Below, one piece after another: positions 28,112 to 38,047 of a stretch of DNA of 60,281 nt (position 1 is the first letter of the stretch; every line of letters starts with the position of its first letter). The notes beneath the pieces are model-generated. The model was not told where the DNA came from. It did no database searches and was given only the letters and a program-made list of their open reading frames with translations. The position numbers and the translations under genes are program-made. This DNA comes from an uncultured Muribaculaceae bacterium (GTDB taxonomy: Bacteria > Bacillota_I > Bacilli_A > RF39 > UBA660): assembly GCA_964430695.1 (NCBI GenBank), contig CAYSFO010000002.1, positions 1 to 60,281 of the forward strand, read 5' to 3'.

Positions 28112-30225
28112 GACTCTCGATCTCCTTCCATAAGTAAGATAGTTAAAATAACATTTATCATATAGTAAGCACTTTTCCAAGTGTTGATAGAAGATACGCC
28201 TTCTTGTCTTTCTTGCATTTTTACAGAAACTTCTTTTATTTTATAGCCTTGTTTAATAGCATCTACATTCGAAATTGGTTCTGGATATTCTGTGGGATAG
28301 TGATTTGTATATAATGCAATTAAATCTTTGTTGATTGCTCTAAAGCCACTTGTTGTATCATATATTTTTTTATTTGTTTTCTGTTTTATCACGATAGAAA
28401 TAAGTTTAATTCCAATTCTTCTTGCAACGGATGATTTAAAACCTTCACTTTCTTTCTCTAAAAATCTAGAACCAATGACTAAGTCCGCTTCATTTTTTCT
28501 TAATGGTTCAATTAATTTTTCGACATAAGCTACATCGTGTTGCCCATCTCCATCATATTGAATAGCAATATCATAATTGTTTTCATAAGCGTATTTATAC
28601 CCTGTTTGTACAGCTCCACCAATTCCTAGATTATGGATTAAATCCACATGCGGAATGTTATTCCTATCCAAGATTTCAGCCGTTTTATCAACACTACCAT
28701 CATTTATGACAAGACAATCATAATTCGTTTTATTCTTCCGATTAAATGCAATAATTTTATCGTACGTATTTTTGATATTTTTTTCTTCATTATAGGCAGG
28801 AATGATTAATAAAATTTTACTTTTTTTCGTGATGTGATTTTCAATTTTTCTTGGCTTTTTTTCTTCTTCTTTTTCACTAAATAATAATATTCCAAAGGCA
28901 ATAAAGGAAATTGGCAAGACCATCATCATGTATCTTGTAAAAGAGGCAGCTCCCTCAAATTCGGTTTTATTAAATAGACAGAGAGCAGTAAGTAAGACTA
29001 TTCCATAATAAAGAAATTGAGCAAGAATACAGAAAAAAGCAAATTCAAGTTTTTCTGTTTTCTTTCTTTTTATTAGAAAATAGAATGCTAGGAAAAGTAC
29101 AAGAATTGGTATGATAAATATCATTTGGTTGTTAGAAGCAAAACCATTTTCAAACATTCCTTCCAAACTTGCTTTAAAGAATGTAACCATATTCTGTATA
29201 TTTAATCTTGAAGTTAAATTTTCAAATACAGGTGCAGATGAGACAGGGTTTCCATATTTTCCTGCCCTTGCAATCGGTATATTGTCTATATTTATTTTAT
29301 ACATCAAATTCCAACTTAAAAAGATGCAAATAAATGGTAATATTTCAAAAATCATTTTCTTTATACTGCCTCTTTTTTTGAAAAGGAAGTATAGATTGAC
29401 ACATAGAATAATACCCATTATATGATAAGGAGATTCTCTTCTCGTTATACAAGCAGAAATTAAAAATAGAAAAGCTAAAATACCTTCTGATTTCGCTGGT
29501 GTTTCTTTCGTTTTATACGATATATATAAATATAAGCCGATAAGCAAAAAGAGTGCATAGTATACATTATTATAAAATGTGATGTAGTATAAAAAATTTT
29601 CTCCACTTGATAGTAAAAATAGCATGGAAACAAGAGCAGAAATATGTCTATTCACTCTATGAGTTCTTAATTCGAAATAAATGAATAGAGAGCTTAAAAT
29701 ATAAAATATACTTCCAAAAATTCTAGGATTACTTAATGAAAAGTTTGTAAAAGAATAGGATAAAGTCCCTAGAACATAGGTCATTGGAGCAAATAAGAAA
29801 TACATATAATTTACGTCTTTACTCACAACAATCGCCTTCGAAACATATTGATATACTCTTAATTCATCCCAATTGTTAAAATTAATAAACGTAGATGAAG
29901 TGATTAAAACAAAGCGATATCCAAGATATAAAAGAAACAAAATATAATAAATAGGAATCTGTTTTAAATCATTTGTAATGTTTCTTTTTTCTTTTTTTAT
30001 GATTAATTTTGCCACGCAAAGAACGGATACAATTCCTGTTATCCAGAGAAATAACACATTATTATAAAAAATATGGAGATATCCTAGAAATAAAAATAGA
30101 AAAGAATGAACTCCAATTGCCATTAATAAAGGAAAGATGATAATTCTTGACATCTTTGGCTTTGTATCTATCACTAAATATAAAGATAGTCCCATTATAT
30201 ACAATAAAACAATTAATGTTAACAT
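28108..30225 (-). CDS. fusion protein: N-terminal polytopic (GT-C-like) membrane domain + C-terminal DPM1/GtrB-like GT2 domain
   Basis: About 705 aa. About 450 aa of TM helices, then KILLIIPAYNEEKNI...INDGSVDKT...YDGDGQHD GT2 catalytic motifs. Start set at the ATG at 30225, 8 nt after GAGGAG. Confidence 0.75.
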   Translation of the reverse strand: MLTLIVLLYIMGLSLYLVIDTKPKMSRIIIFPLLMAIGVHSFLFLFLGYLHIFYNNVLFLWITGIVSVLCVAKLIIKKEKRNITNDLKQIPIYYILFLLYLGYRFVLITSSTFINFNNWDELRVYQYVSKAIVVSKDVNYMYFLFAPMTYVLGTLSYSFTNFSLSNPRIFGSIFYILSSLFIYFELRTHRVNRHISALVSMLFLLSSGENFLYYITFYNNVYYALFLLIGLYLYISYKTKETPAKSEGILAFLFLISACITRRESPYHIMGIILCVNLYFLFKKRGSIKKMIFEILPFICIFLSWNLMYKINIDNIPIARAGKYGNPVSSAPVFENLTSRLNIQNMVTFFKASLEGMFENGFASNNQMIFIIPILVLFLAFYFLIKRKKTEKLEFAFFCILAQFLYYGIVLLTALCLFNKTEFEGAASFTRYMMMVLPISFIAFGILLFSEKEEEKKPRKIENHITKKSKILLIIPAYNEEKNIKNTYDKIIAFNRKNKTNYDCLVINDGSVDKTAEILDRNNIPHVDLIHNLGIGGAVQTGYKYAYENNYDIAIQYDGDGQHDVAYVEKLIEPLRKNEADLVIGSRFLEKESEGFKSSVARRIGIKLISIVIKQKTNKKIYDTTSGFRAINKDLIALYTNHYPTEYPEPISNVDAIKQGYKIKEVSVKMQERQEGVSSINTWKSAYYMINVILTILLMEGDRES

Positions 30226-30230
30226 ACACT

Positions 30231-31097
30231 TCACTCCTCTATTTGTTGTAATTCACTAATTTTTTGATTTACAAATAGAGAATCACACGCTTCGTTTCTT
30301 AAACAAACATTATAATGATAAATAGCTTTTTCATACTCTTCTTTTTCGGTATAAATAGCTCCAAGATTGCTATTTAGGGTATCATTAATAAAATCAACAT
30401 TTTCTAAATAAAACATGGAATATTCTATCGCCTTTTCGTTTTCGTTTTTTATATATAAATCGTTGGCAAAATTAAGCATTAAATCAATAGAAGAAAAATT
30501 CCAATGTTCTGTAATTGAATATTTTACCATTTCTATTAAATTTTGAAAAATTGTACTTTCTTCCCCAAATTGTTTATAAACAGTATATAAACTTAAATCA
30601 TAACTATTGATTTCTTTTAAAATATAATTGTTTTTATCCACCACTTTGTACAAAGTATAATCATGCGTTGAGGTTTCATTAAATATGTTTGTCTCTTTTC
30701 CTAAAAGTAAAATATAATCCCATTGTTCATTCTCAAATTGCACTTTCCAATAACTTTTTTCACTCAACGGAATACAACAATCTTCTGTATCATACATCGT
30801 CATAGGAAATACTTTATCTCTTAAATATAAATAACCAATGCCAAACTCTTCATAGGGAGAAGTTTCATTGTTGAATAAAAGGGTGATTGTTTTGTTATCT
30901 TTATCTGGTATATCTTTTAATAATAAGTCGGTTACATAATCTAAAACATAATAATAGGTATCATTATTAAAACTCTTGTAGCGATAATCTAATATTGCCT
31001 TTGCCGTTGTATTATTACATAGATGAATCCATTGAAAAATAACTAATCCTGCGAGTAGAATTATTGAAATAGAAATATAAACTTTATGTTTTTTCAT
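30231..31097 (-). CDS. membrane-anchored hypothetical protein with TPR-like C-terminus
   Basis: N-terminal TM helix (VYISISIILLAGLVIF). C-terminal ...NLGAIYTEKEEYEKAIYHYNVCL resembles a TPR unit. Start at 31097 (AGGTGAAGGT SD) or 31118. Confidence 0.5.
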   Translation of the reverse strand: MKKHKVYISISIILLAGLVIFQWIHLCNNTTAKAILDYRYKSFNNDTYYYVLDYVTDLLLKDIPDKDNKTITLLFNNETSPYEEFGIGYLYLRDKVFPMTMYDTEDCCIPLSEKSYWKVQFENEQWDYILLLGKETNIFNETSTHDYTLYKVVDKNNYILKEINSYDLSLYTVYKQFGEESTIFQNLIEMVKYSITEHWNFSSIDLMLNFANDLYIKNENEKAIEYSMFYLENVDFINDTLNSNLGAIYTEKEEYEKAIYHYNVCLRNEACDSLFVNQKISELQQIEE

Positions 31098-31110
31098 ACC
31101 TTCACCTACT

Positions 31111-33039
31111 TTATACATCTAGATTCCAAGCCTTTTTTAAAAAATCTTCTCTTTCTTTAATATTCTTTTTTTGTATTTTATTATACCTTACTATTTTAGC
31201 ATATTCTTCATGAATTTTGACAATTTCCTCAAAATGCTTTTGTTTTTTGGTATTTGAGGTAACATTGTTTCCATGAACACGATAAAAATTGCAGGCTTTA
31301 TTGATATAAGAAATCTTTCCTTTTTCAAAAACACCTAAATAGAAACGCCAGTCTCCTACTTGTTTGTATTTCGTTGCTTCTTTGAAGGCAAGAGAGTAAT
31401 CTTCTTTTTTAAAGATAACAGAAGATACATTCGCAATCGTACAATTAATGTAAGCATAGTTTTTAATTTCGTCTTTACCATTCACAACAAAAGATTGATC
31501 CCAATGGCCACTTTGCAAAACATCGATATCTGATTTGCATGATCTCATAAAAATACTACCTTCTGTATTTATCATAGCCGTATCTACATAAGATAATACA
31601 ATATTAGAATCCATTTCTAGTTTTTTGAATTGCAATTTTAAAAACTCGTCTGTACAATAATCGTCTGCTTCTGCAATCCAAACATATTCACTTTTTGCTA
31701 ACTTAAAACCTTTTTCCCATTGTTTAAAGACACATTTGCTATTTTTTTCGTTATATACCTTTTTAATATTTATATAAGGACTTAAAGATTCTACAATCTT
31801 ATCAATTACTTCTCTGCTATTATCTGTTGAACAATCATCTAAAATTATGATTTCATTGACTTTATATTTTTGGTAAAGAATAGAATACAATCTTTGATAC
31901 ATAAAATGAGCGTAGTTATAATTAGGAATAACAACCGAAACGGTTTTTCGATTGTATCTATCTTTTTGTCTTTTGGCTTCAAAAATCAAATCTTCTAAAG
32001 TGATATCTTTTTTTATTACAGGTATGCTTTGTATTTTTTTATAAATTCTATATAAAGACATAATAAAACTTGTTGAATAACTAAAGCCATTACAGTTTAA
32101 TTTAGCAATTGTTTTATAATAAAGTCTATTTTTAGGGGTGTTATTTTCTAAAAACTGCCAGAAAAGAGGGTTCTGTCTCATTTGATATTTTTTAGAAAGT
32201 TTACTAAATTTTTTTAAAAATCTTGCTCTTGTAAAATAATTATCTTCCTTAATTGGAACATATAAGAAAAACTCTATAATTTGATGAAAGATAATCGCTT
32301 GCATAAATTTTTCAAAACTAGGATTTTTCTTTATTCTTTCTTCTAACATAGAAAGGGATTTAAAAATATCAAATCTTTTTTCTGACAAAGGCGAATTTTG
32401 AACAGAAGATGCATGTTGCACATAATTGTATTTGGTCTTATTCGTGTAGGCGATTTTTTTGCAGTTGGCAAGAATTGCAATTATTGAAGCAATATCTTCA
32501 TTCATGATTCCTTCCGCAAAAGGATATTTCTTAAGTAATTGTCTCTTGATAATTTTATTACATGGAGATGCAGCAAATCCAGTATCAATGAAATTATATT
32601 TCGTTACTTTTCCGTTACAAGAGGGAAACAATAACTCTTTGTTTTCTTCTTCATAAACACAATTGATATCACATACAACGACATCAGCACTCGCTTTTTT
32701 TAAAACAGATAACATTTCTTTATAATAATTGTCGTCAATAAAGTCATCGGAATCAATAAAAGAAATATAATCATATTTTGCTATTTCAATTGCTCTATTT
32801 CTAGAATATCCCGCTCCACTGTTTTTTTCATTTTTCCTATAGACGATATTTAACTTTGTCTTCTTTCTATATTCTGTAATTACTTTTTCTGTATTATCGG
32901 TAGAGCAGTCATCTACTAAAATAATTTCATAATTCTTTCCAATATTTTGTTTTTCTATAGAATCCAAGCAACTACTTATATATTCTTCTACATTATAACA
33001 AGGAATAATAATTGAAATTCCCATACTTTCTTTTTTCAT
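31111..33039 (-). CDS. dual-domain GT2 glycosyltransferase
   Basis: 642 aa with two GT-A modules (ISIIIPCYNVEEYI...VDDCSTDNT and VSVVIPNYNYAHF...LDDCSTDNS). Confidence 0.85.
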   Translation of the reverse strand: MKKESMGISIIIPCYNVEEYISSCLDSIEKQNIGKNYEIILVDDCSTDNTEKVITEYRKKTKLNIVYRKNEKNSGAGYSRNRAIEIAKYDYISFIDSDDFIDDNYYKEMLSVLKKASADVVVCDINCVYEEENKELLFPSCNGKVTKYNFIDTGFAASPCNKIIKRQLLKKYPFAEGIMNEDIASIIAILANCKKIAYTNKTKYNYVQHASSVQNSPLSEKRFDIFKSLSMLEERIKKNPSFEKFMQAIIFHQIIEFFLYVPIKEDNYFTRARFLKKFSKLSKKYQMRQNPLFWQFLENNTPKNRLYYKTIAKLNCNGFSYSTSFIMSLYRIYKKIQSIPVIKKDITLEDLIFEAKRQKDRYNRKTVSVVIPNYNYAHFMYQRLYSILYQKYKVNEIIILDDCSTDNSREVIDKIVESLSPYINIKKVYNEKNSKCVFKQWEKGFKLAKSEYVWIAEADDYCTDEFLKLQFKKLEMDSNIVLSYVDTAMINTEGSIFMRSCKSDIDVLQSGHWDQSFVVNGKDEIKNYAYINCTIANVSSVIFKKEDYSLAFKEATKYKQVGDWRFYLGVFEKGKISYINKACNFYRVHGNNVTSNTKKQKHFEEIVKIHEEYAKIVRYNKIQKKNIKEREDFLKKAWNLDV

Positions 33040-33055
33040 AAAAAACCTCCTACTC

Positions 33056-33895
33056 CTATTTAGAAACCATATATTTTTTTAACTTTGTTAATGAATCTAT
33101 CTTGTATTTATTTTTAAAATACAATCTTTTTCTTTTATTTCTTATACTCTTCTCTGTTGCTTTTCCTTCTAAATGATAAACAACTATTGATGGATCATAT
33201 ACACTGACTAAACCATCTTTTTTCATTCTTTGATAAAGGAATTCTTCTTCATGAAATAAAAATGTATCTGGGAGAAAAGCATCTTTATATTGATCAATAT
33301 ATTTTTTAGAAAAAATAAGACAACAGCCATGTAAAGCCACTTCATATTCTTTTTTATTTCCGTTATGATCGTATTCTTTTTTAAAACAATTTTTGAGCAG
33401 ATAAATATTTAATAAAAAATAAAGAAAGGGTTGACGATAGATTTTATCTAACTTTTGATAATACTTTAACTTGTTTTCTACTTCCTCTAAAGTTTTATAG
33501 ACAGGAAATGGATTCCAAGACAAATAATTATCGGATAAAATTTTTGGACCAAGCATATCAAAATGATCTTTTTTATCCATTTTATAAATTTGTTCAATAA
33601 AATCTTCTTGTTTAATTAAACAATCGCTGTTTAGACAACAAATAAAATCGCAATTTGCATTCTTTTTTAAATACTCTATTCCTTTATTATTTCCTTTAGC
33701 AAATCCTAAATTTTTTTGATTAACGATTACTTTGTCGCTTATTTTTTTTAACAATTTTACTTCACTTTCTTTTAATGTATTGTTATCAACAACGACAATA
33801 TTAATTTTTCTTTTTGTTTTTAATCTCTTAATATAGTCAATACACTCCACTGTTAACTCAAAAGAATTATAATTTAATATAACAAAACCAAACAT
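33056..33895 (-). CDS. GT2 family glycosyltransferase (rhamnosyltransferase-like)
   Basis: 279 aa. FGFVILNYNSFELTVECI...VVDNNT pattern. Confidence 0.8.
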   Translation of the reverse strand: MFGFVILNYNSFELTVECIDYIKRLKTKRKINIVVVDNNTLKESEVKLLKKISDKVIVNQKNLGFAKGNNKGIEYLKKNANCDFICCLNSDCLIKQEDFIEQIYKMDKKDHFDMLGPKILSDNYLSWNPFPVYKTLEEVENKLKYYQKLDKIYRQPFLYFLLNIYLLKNCFKKEYDHNGNKKEYEVALHGCCLIFSKKYIDQYKDAFLPDTFLFHEEEFLYQRMKKDGLVSVYDPSIVVYHLEGKATEKSIRNKRKRLYFKNKYKIDSLTKLKKYMVSK

Positions 33896-33939
33896 GAACT
33901 ACTTACCTTTCTATTTTTATTTATTGACACCAAAGAATC

Positions 33940-34728
33940 TTAAACCTCTTCTGCAAATCCTTTTTGCAATTTATTAAATATCTTAAATCCTATCCATACT
34001 AAAATCAAACTGATTCCAAATGTAAGCAAAAGTTGTTTTAAATCAGGCATCGTTTGATAATATAGAATATCACGATAGCCAATAATGATAGAAGCTAAAG
34101 GATTTATTTTAATTAACCATTCAAATTTACTTCCAGAAAAAAGACTAGCAGAATAAAGAATAGGTGTGGCATAAAATAGCATATTGACAAAAAAGTTAAT
34201 GATATATTCTGCATCTCTTACATATATTTCAATTGCACTTGTAATTAAAATAATTCCCAGTTGTATCAAGTATTGAATGAGCAATATAATTGGTAAAAAT
34301 ACAATATACATACTAAAGCCAATCCCACTACATAGTAAAAAGATGAATATAATCAAACAAGAAATAAGAAAATTAATTAGACCACTTGTATCCACAGCAA
34401 TCGGTAAAATTTCTCTTGGAAAATACACTTTTTTAATAATCCCAGCATTGGCCAAAATCACAGTCGTTCCTTGCATAATGGTGTTGGTAAAATAAGTCCA
34501 TGGAAGGATTCCAATAATGATAAAAGTAACATAATGAGGTTCGGTACTTTTTAAAATGAAGGGAAAAACAATTGCATAAATGAGTGCCGTTAGTAAAGGA
34601 TTGACAAATGACCATAATACGCCTAGAAATGATGCTTTGTATTTTCCTCTTATTTCCTTTTTTACGTTGCTTTTTAATAAAAGTCGATAATTATATAGAT
34701 TTTCTATCAATTCCTTCATTTTATCCAC
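33940..34728 (-). CDS. ABC-2 type polysaccharide/teichoic acid export permease (TagG/Wzm-like)
   Basis: 262 aa with 6 TM helices. EIRGKYKASFLGVLWSFVNPLL signature. 8-nt overlap with the ATPase gene. Confidence 0.85.
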   Translation of the reverse strand: MDKMKELIENLYNYRLLLKSNVKKEIRGKYKASFLGVLWSFVNPLLTALIYAIVFPFILKSTEPHYVTFIIIGILPWTYFTNTIMQGTTVILANAGIIKKVYFPREILPIAVDTSGLINFLISCLIIFIFLLCSGIGFSMYIVFLPIILLIQYLIQLGIILITSAIEIYVRDAEYIINFFVNMLFYATPILYSASLFSGSKFEWLIKINPLASIIIGYRDILYYQTMPDLKQLLLTFGISLILVWIGFKIFNKLQKGFAEEV

Positions 34729-35452
34729 ACACCTTTATGTATTCATCGATTACTTTTTTTATTTTTCCATCGATTTTGATTTTCCCTTCATGAATCCAAA
34801 TTCCACGATCACATAATGTTTTTAGTGAATCCAAACTATGGCTAACAATCACAATCGTTTTATTATTTTGTTTTAATTCTTCTAACTTTTCAAAACATTT
34901 TTCTTGGAAATGTTGGTCTCCAACGGCTAGAATTTCATCAATCAAAAGAATTTCGGCATCTACGTTAATTGCGATGGAAAAAGCAAGACGCATATACTGT
35001 CCACTGGAATAAGTTCTTACAGGACTATCAATTATTTCTCCTAGTTCCGAAAAAGAAATGATATCGTCAAGTCTTTCATTAATCTCTTTTTCTGTCAAAC
35101 CAAAAATAGATGCATTGAAGTAAATATTTTCTCTTCCTGTAAAATCGGGATGAAAACCAGCACCAAGTTCTAGTAAAGAAGTTATTTTTCCGTGCGTTTT
35201 TATTGTGCCTTTTGTAGGGTAGATAATCTTACTCATCATTTTTAATAGTGTTGATTTTCCACTTCCATTTACGCCGATTAAGGCAACGGTTTCTCCTTTT
35301 TGGATGTTCACAGAAATAGAATTTAATATCGTTCTTTCTTCTGCTTTTTTCTTATTCCAAAAAACTAATCTTTCTTTTAATGTACTAGGCTTATCGTAAT
35401 ATAATTTAAATCGTTTGGTTACCCCTTTAATTTCAATGGCATTATCTTTCAT
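34721..35452 (-). CDS. polysaccharide/teichoic acid export ATP-binding protein (TagH/Wzt-like, short form)
   Basis: 243 aa. Walker A GVNGSGKST, signature YSSGQYMRLAF, Walker B LLIDE. Confidence 0.9.
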   Translation of the reverse strand: MKDNAIEIKGVTKRFKLYYDKPSTLKERLVFWNKKKAEERTILNSISVNIQKGETVALIGVNGSGKSTLLKMMSKIIYPTKGTIKTHGKITSLLELGAGFHPDFTGRENIYFNASIFGLTEKEINERLDDIISFSELGEIIDSPVRTYSSGQYMRLAFSIAINVDAEILLIDEILAVGDQHFQEKCFEKLEELKQNNKTIVIVSHSLDSLKTLCDRGIWIHEGKIKIDGKIKKVIDEYIKVCG

Positions 35453-35531
35453 AATTCACCTTTCTTCTCTTAATCTCTATATAAGAATAACATTATTTTG
35501 TTAATTTACCAAATTTTTACTATTCTCTTTC

Positions 35532-36593
35532 TTATTTTTCTCCAATTTCTTTAAATAATTTATCTAATTGTTGCGTAATGTTCTCATTATACTCTATTAA
35601 TGAATCAAATGTTTTTTTAGGCTGTTTTTTATACGTTTTTAAGAATTTTAAAATATCTGTCGTTCCTTCTACGAAAGGACAATATTTTTCTAAATACTTT
35701 GGAAATAGTACATCTAATCCAATCGATTTGGCCTCTAAAAGAACCATTCCTTGTCCTTCATATCTACTTGCTAAATAAAATAAATCCATACATTTTAGAT
35801 ACTGATAAGGATTCCTCTGACTTCCAAGAAAAGTAACTTTATCTATTAGGTTAAGCTTTTGCGTAATTTTTTCTAAATTTTTTCTTTCTTCTCCATCCCC
35901 AATGATATAAAGATGAAAATCCGTTCTATATTTTGTTAATTCTTTCATTGTGGTAAGCATAATATCGATTCCTTTTTGGTGACATAGTCTTCCATTCGTC
36001 ACAATATTTATTAGGGAATCATTTACTTTCAAATGACAATTTTCTTTCATTTTCTTTTTTATTTCTTCGGTATTTATGTAGTTGGGGATAACATAATACT
36101 TTTGTAATTCACTAAAGTGAAGTTTTTTAAAGGCATCCATAGCTCCTTGTGAAACCGCACAGATGGCATCAAAAAAGTCATATTTCTTTTTAAAGAAAAA
36201 ATAGAGTATTTTATATTTTCGTTCTTCCCTCATCTTAATCGGAATATCATTATGTACCCAAATGCAACGCATTTTTGCTTTTATCTTTAAAGCAGCGACT
36301 GCTGTATGTAATTGATAAGAATCAAAGTCAATCGCTACATCATATTCTTCATTTGGTAAATGGGGATTATAAAGTTCATAGGCTAGTTTAAAAGGTATAA
36401 ATTTTAAAAAAAACGGAGATTTTTTTATACGTATAACATTTGTAGAATCTGGTACTTCAAAGAACTTTGCATCTCCAAAAACATATAAATCTACTTCGTA
36501 TTTCTTTTTATTTAACTGATAAATCATATTCACAGCAGATTTTTCAATTCCACCAAATTTAAGTTCGTTTATAAATATTGCTATTTTTTTCAT
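35532..36593 (-). CDS. GT4 family glycosyltransferase
   Basis: 353 aa. C-terminal ...LASRYEGQGMVLLEAKSIG (E-x7-E) motif. Confidence 0.85.
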   Translation of the reverse strand: MKKIAIFINELKFGGIEKSAVNMIYQLNKKKYEVDLYVFGDAKFFEVPDSTNVIRIKKSPFFLKFIPFKLAYELYNPHLPNEEYDVAIDFDSYQLHTAVAALKIKAKMRCIWVHNDIPIKMREERKYKILYFFFKKKYDFFDAICAVSQGAMDAFKKLHFSELQKYYVIPNYINTEEIKKKMKENCHLKVNDSLINIVTNGRLCHQKGIDIMLTTMKELTKYRTDFHLYIIGDGEERKNLEKITQKLNLIDKVTFLGSQRNPYQYLKCMDLFYLASRYEGQGMVLLEAKSIGLDVLFPKYLEKYCPFVEGTTDILKFLKTYKKQPKKTFDSLIEYNENITQQLDKLFKEIGEK

Positions 36594-36606
36594 ACTTATT
36601 TTCTCC

Positions 36607-37089
36607 TTAATGGGTATCTATAAAATTTTCAATAAGATTTACCATGTTTTTTGTGTTGCTTTTATATTTTTGTGGTTTAAAGTTTTTTGCTTTTTTTAAG
36701 GCGCTTTCTAACGATTCTGGATTGTTTAAAGGAATAATGTAACCAAGATCACTAAATTTTTTTACAATTTCTATTTGATGATCATTTCCATGTTCTTTAT
36801 ACTTTGAAAGTCTTGGACAGACAATACCAACTTTGTTATATTTTAAAATGTCCATTATCGTTCCTACCCCTCCATGGGCAATGACGAGATTTGCTTTTTT
36901 TATGTATTCAGTAAATTCATCAATACTTAGGTATTTCACTATTTTCATCTTATCGGAGACGATTTTCGTACAACCACATTGTACAATCACTTCTTCTTTA
37001 ATAGTTCCTTTTTCAATTTCTTTCTCGACAGCTTTGATTAAACGGTCAAAGGGAACATCTTGGGTTCCTACGGTAACAAATATCAATAA
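36607..37089 (-). CDS. Alg13-like glycosyltransferase subunit (GT28 C-terminal domain; PssE/Cps14G-like)
   Basis: (M)IFVTVGTQDVPFDRL N-terminus typical of the family. Probable TTG start at 37089 after GGGGGTGG, overlapping the upstream stop. Confidence 0.7.
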   Translation of the reverse strand, partial: LLIFVTVGTQDVPFDRLIKAVEKEIEKGTIKEEVIVQCGCTKIVSDKMKIVKYLSIDEFTEYIKKANLVIAHGGVGTIMDILKYNKVGIVCPRLSKYKEHGNDHQIEIVKKFSDLGYIIPLNNPESLESALKKAKNFKPQKYKSNTKNMVNLIENFIDTH

Positions 37090-38042
37090 ATCCACCCCCC
37101 ATAAGTTGCATTTTCGTACAATTCTAGCATGGATTCCCATTGCACAATAAATAAGTCCGCAAATTTATATACTAAAGAACCTGTTACTGTTTTAGCACTA
37201 CTATTGGCAAACGTTTCAATATAAATCACTTTCTTTTTTAATAGATGGGCAATGCAACACATAGGGCCTGCACTATGGGCACCTGTTGTAATGATAAAAT
37301 CAGGTTTAAAACAAAGATAATAATAAAGACTTTTAAAACAATTCAAAAGTAACTTAAAAGGATAAATCAGTTTTTGTCTTTTTGTTCCATACGTTAAATA
37401 GTTTACGACTCTCTTCCCATACTTTTCACGTAAATCTTTATTGGTTGGTGTGCTTTCTGTAACTAACATAAATGGATATTTAGTAAACATATCTTTTAAC
37501 ATAAGCATTTCATTTAAATGTCCACCCGTAGAAGATATAAAAAGTACACGTTTTATTGACCTTTTTTCTAGTTCTTTTAAAAGGGGTAGCCAATCTTTTT
37601 TTATACCATTCGCCATGTATGCAACTTTCATTCCGAGTTCTTCCTTGTATATTTTTTCTACTTCTTTTTTATTTACAACAATCTTATCAAAATAAGTTGT
37701 GGCAAAGATAAGTTTTCTTTTGTACTGTTCAGTTGAAAGCTGGTTTTCTATGGCTATTTTTACAATATTTTTTTGTCTTAAAAATTTATTTACTAATTTG
37801 GTTTCATAGATTCCAGACGTGATACAATAATTGGAATCAAGTTTTTTCAATTTTCTTTTCAAAGATGATTTTTTTAAATATAATACATTTTTGTTTGAAC
37901 TTAAAAATGATTCTTTCTCTTTTTGTTCAAAGGTTATCAATAATTCAATTTCATAATCTTTTTCCAATAATTTTACCAAAGAAGTAATATATGCAAAATC
38001 ATTTCTTTTTCCTAAGAGTATTGTGATTTTTTTCATAGACAC
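37083..38042 (-). CDS. Alg14-like subunit (PssD/Cps14F-like) with an ~160-aa N-terminal extension
   Basis: C-terminal half VLFISSTGGHLNEM...TTGAHSAGPMC...IYIETFA matches Alg14-like proteins. The N-terminal half is unrecognised. Confidence 0.7.
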   Translation of the reverse strand: MSMKKITILLGKRNDFAYITSLVKLLEKDYEIELLITFEQKEKESFLSSNKNVLYLKKSSLKRKLKKLDSNYCITSGIYETKLVNKFLRQKNIVKIAIENQLSTEQYKRKLIFATTYFDKIVVNKKEVEKIYKEELGMKVAYMANGIKKDWLPLLKELEKRSIKRVLFISSTGGHLNEMLMLKDMFTKYPFMLVTESTPTNKDLREKYGKRVVNYLTYGTKRQKLIYPFKLLLNCFKSLYYYLCFKPDFIITTGAHSAGPMCCIAHLLKKKVIYIETFANSSAKTVTGSLVYKFADLFIVQWESMLELYENATYGGWIY

Positions 38043-38047
38043 CTCGT

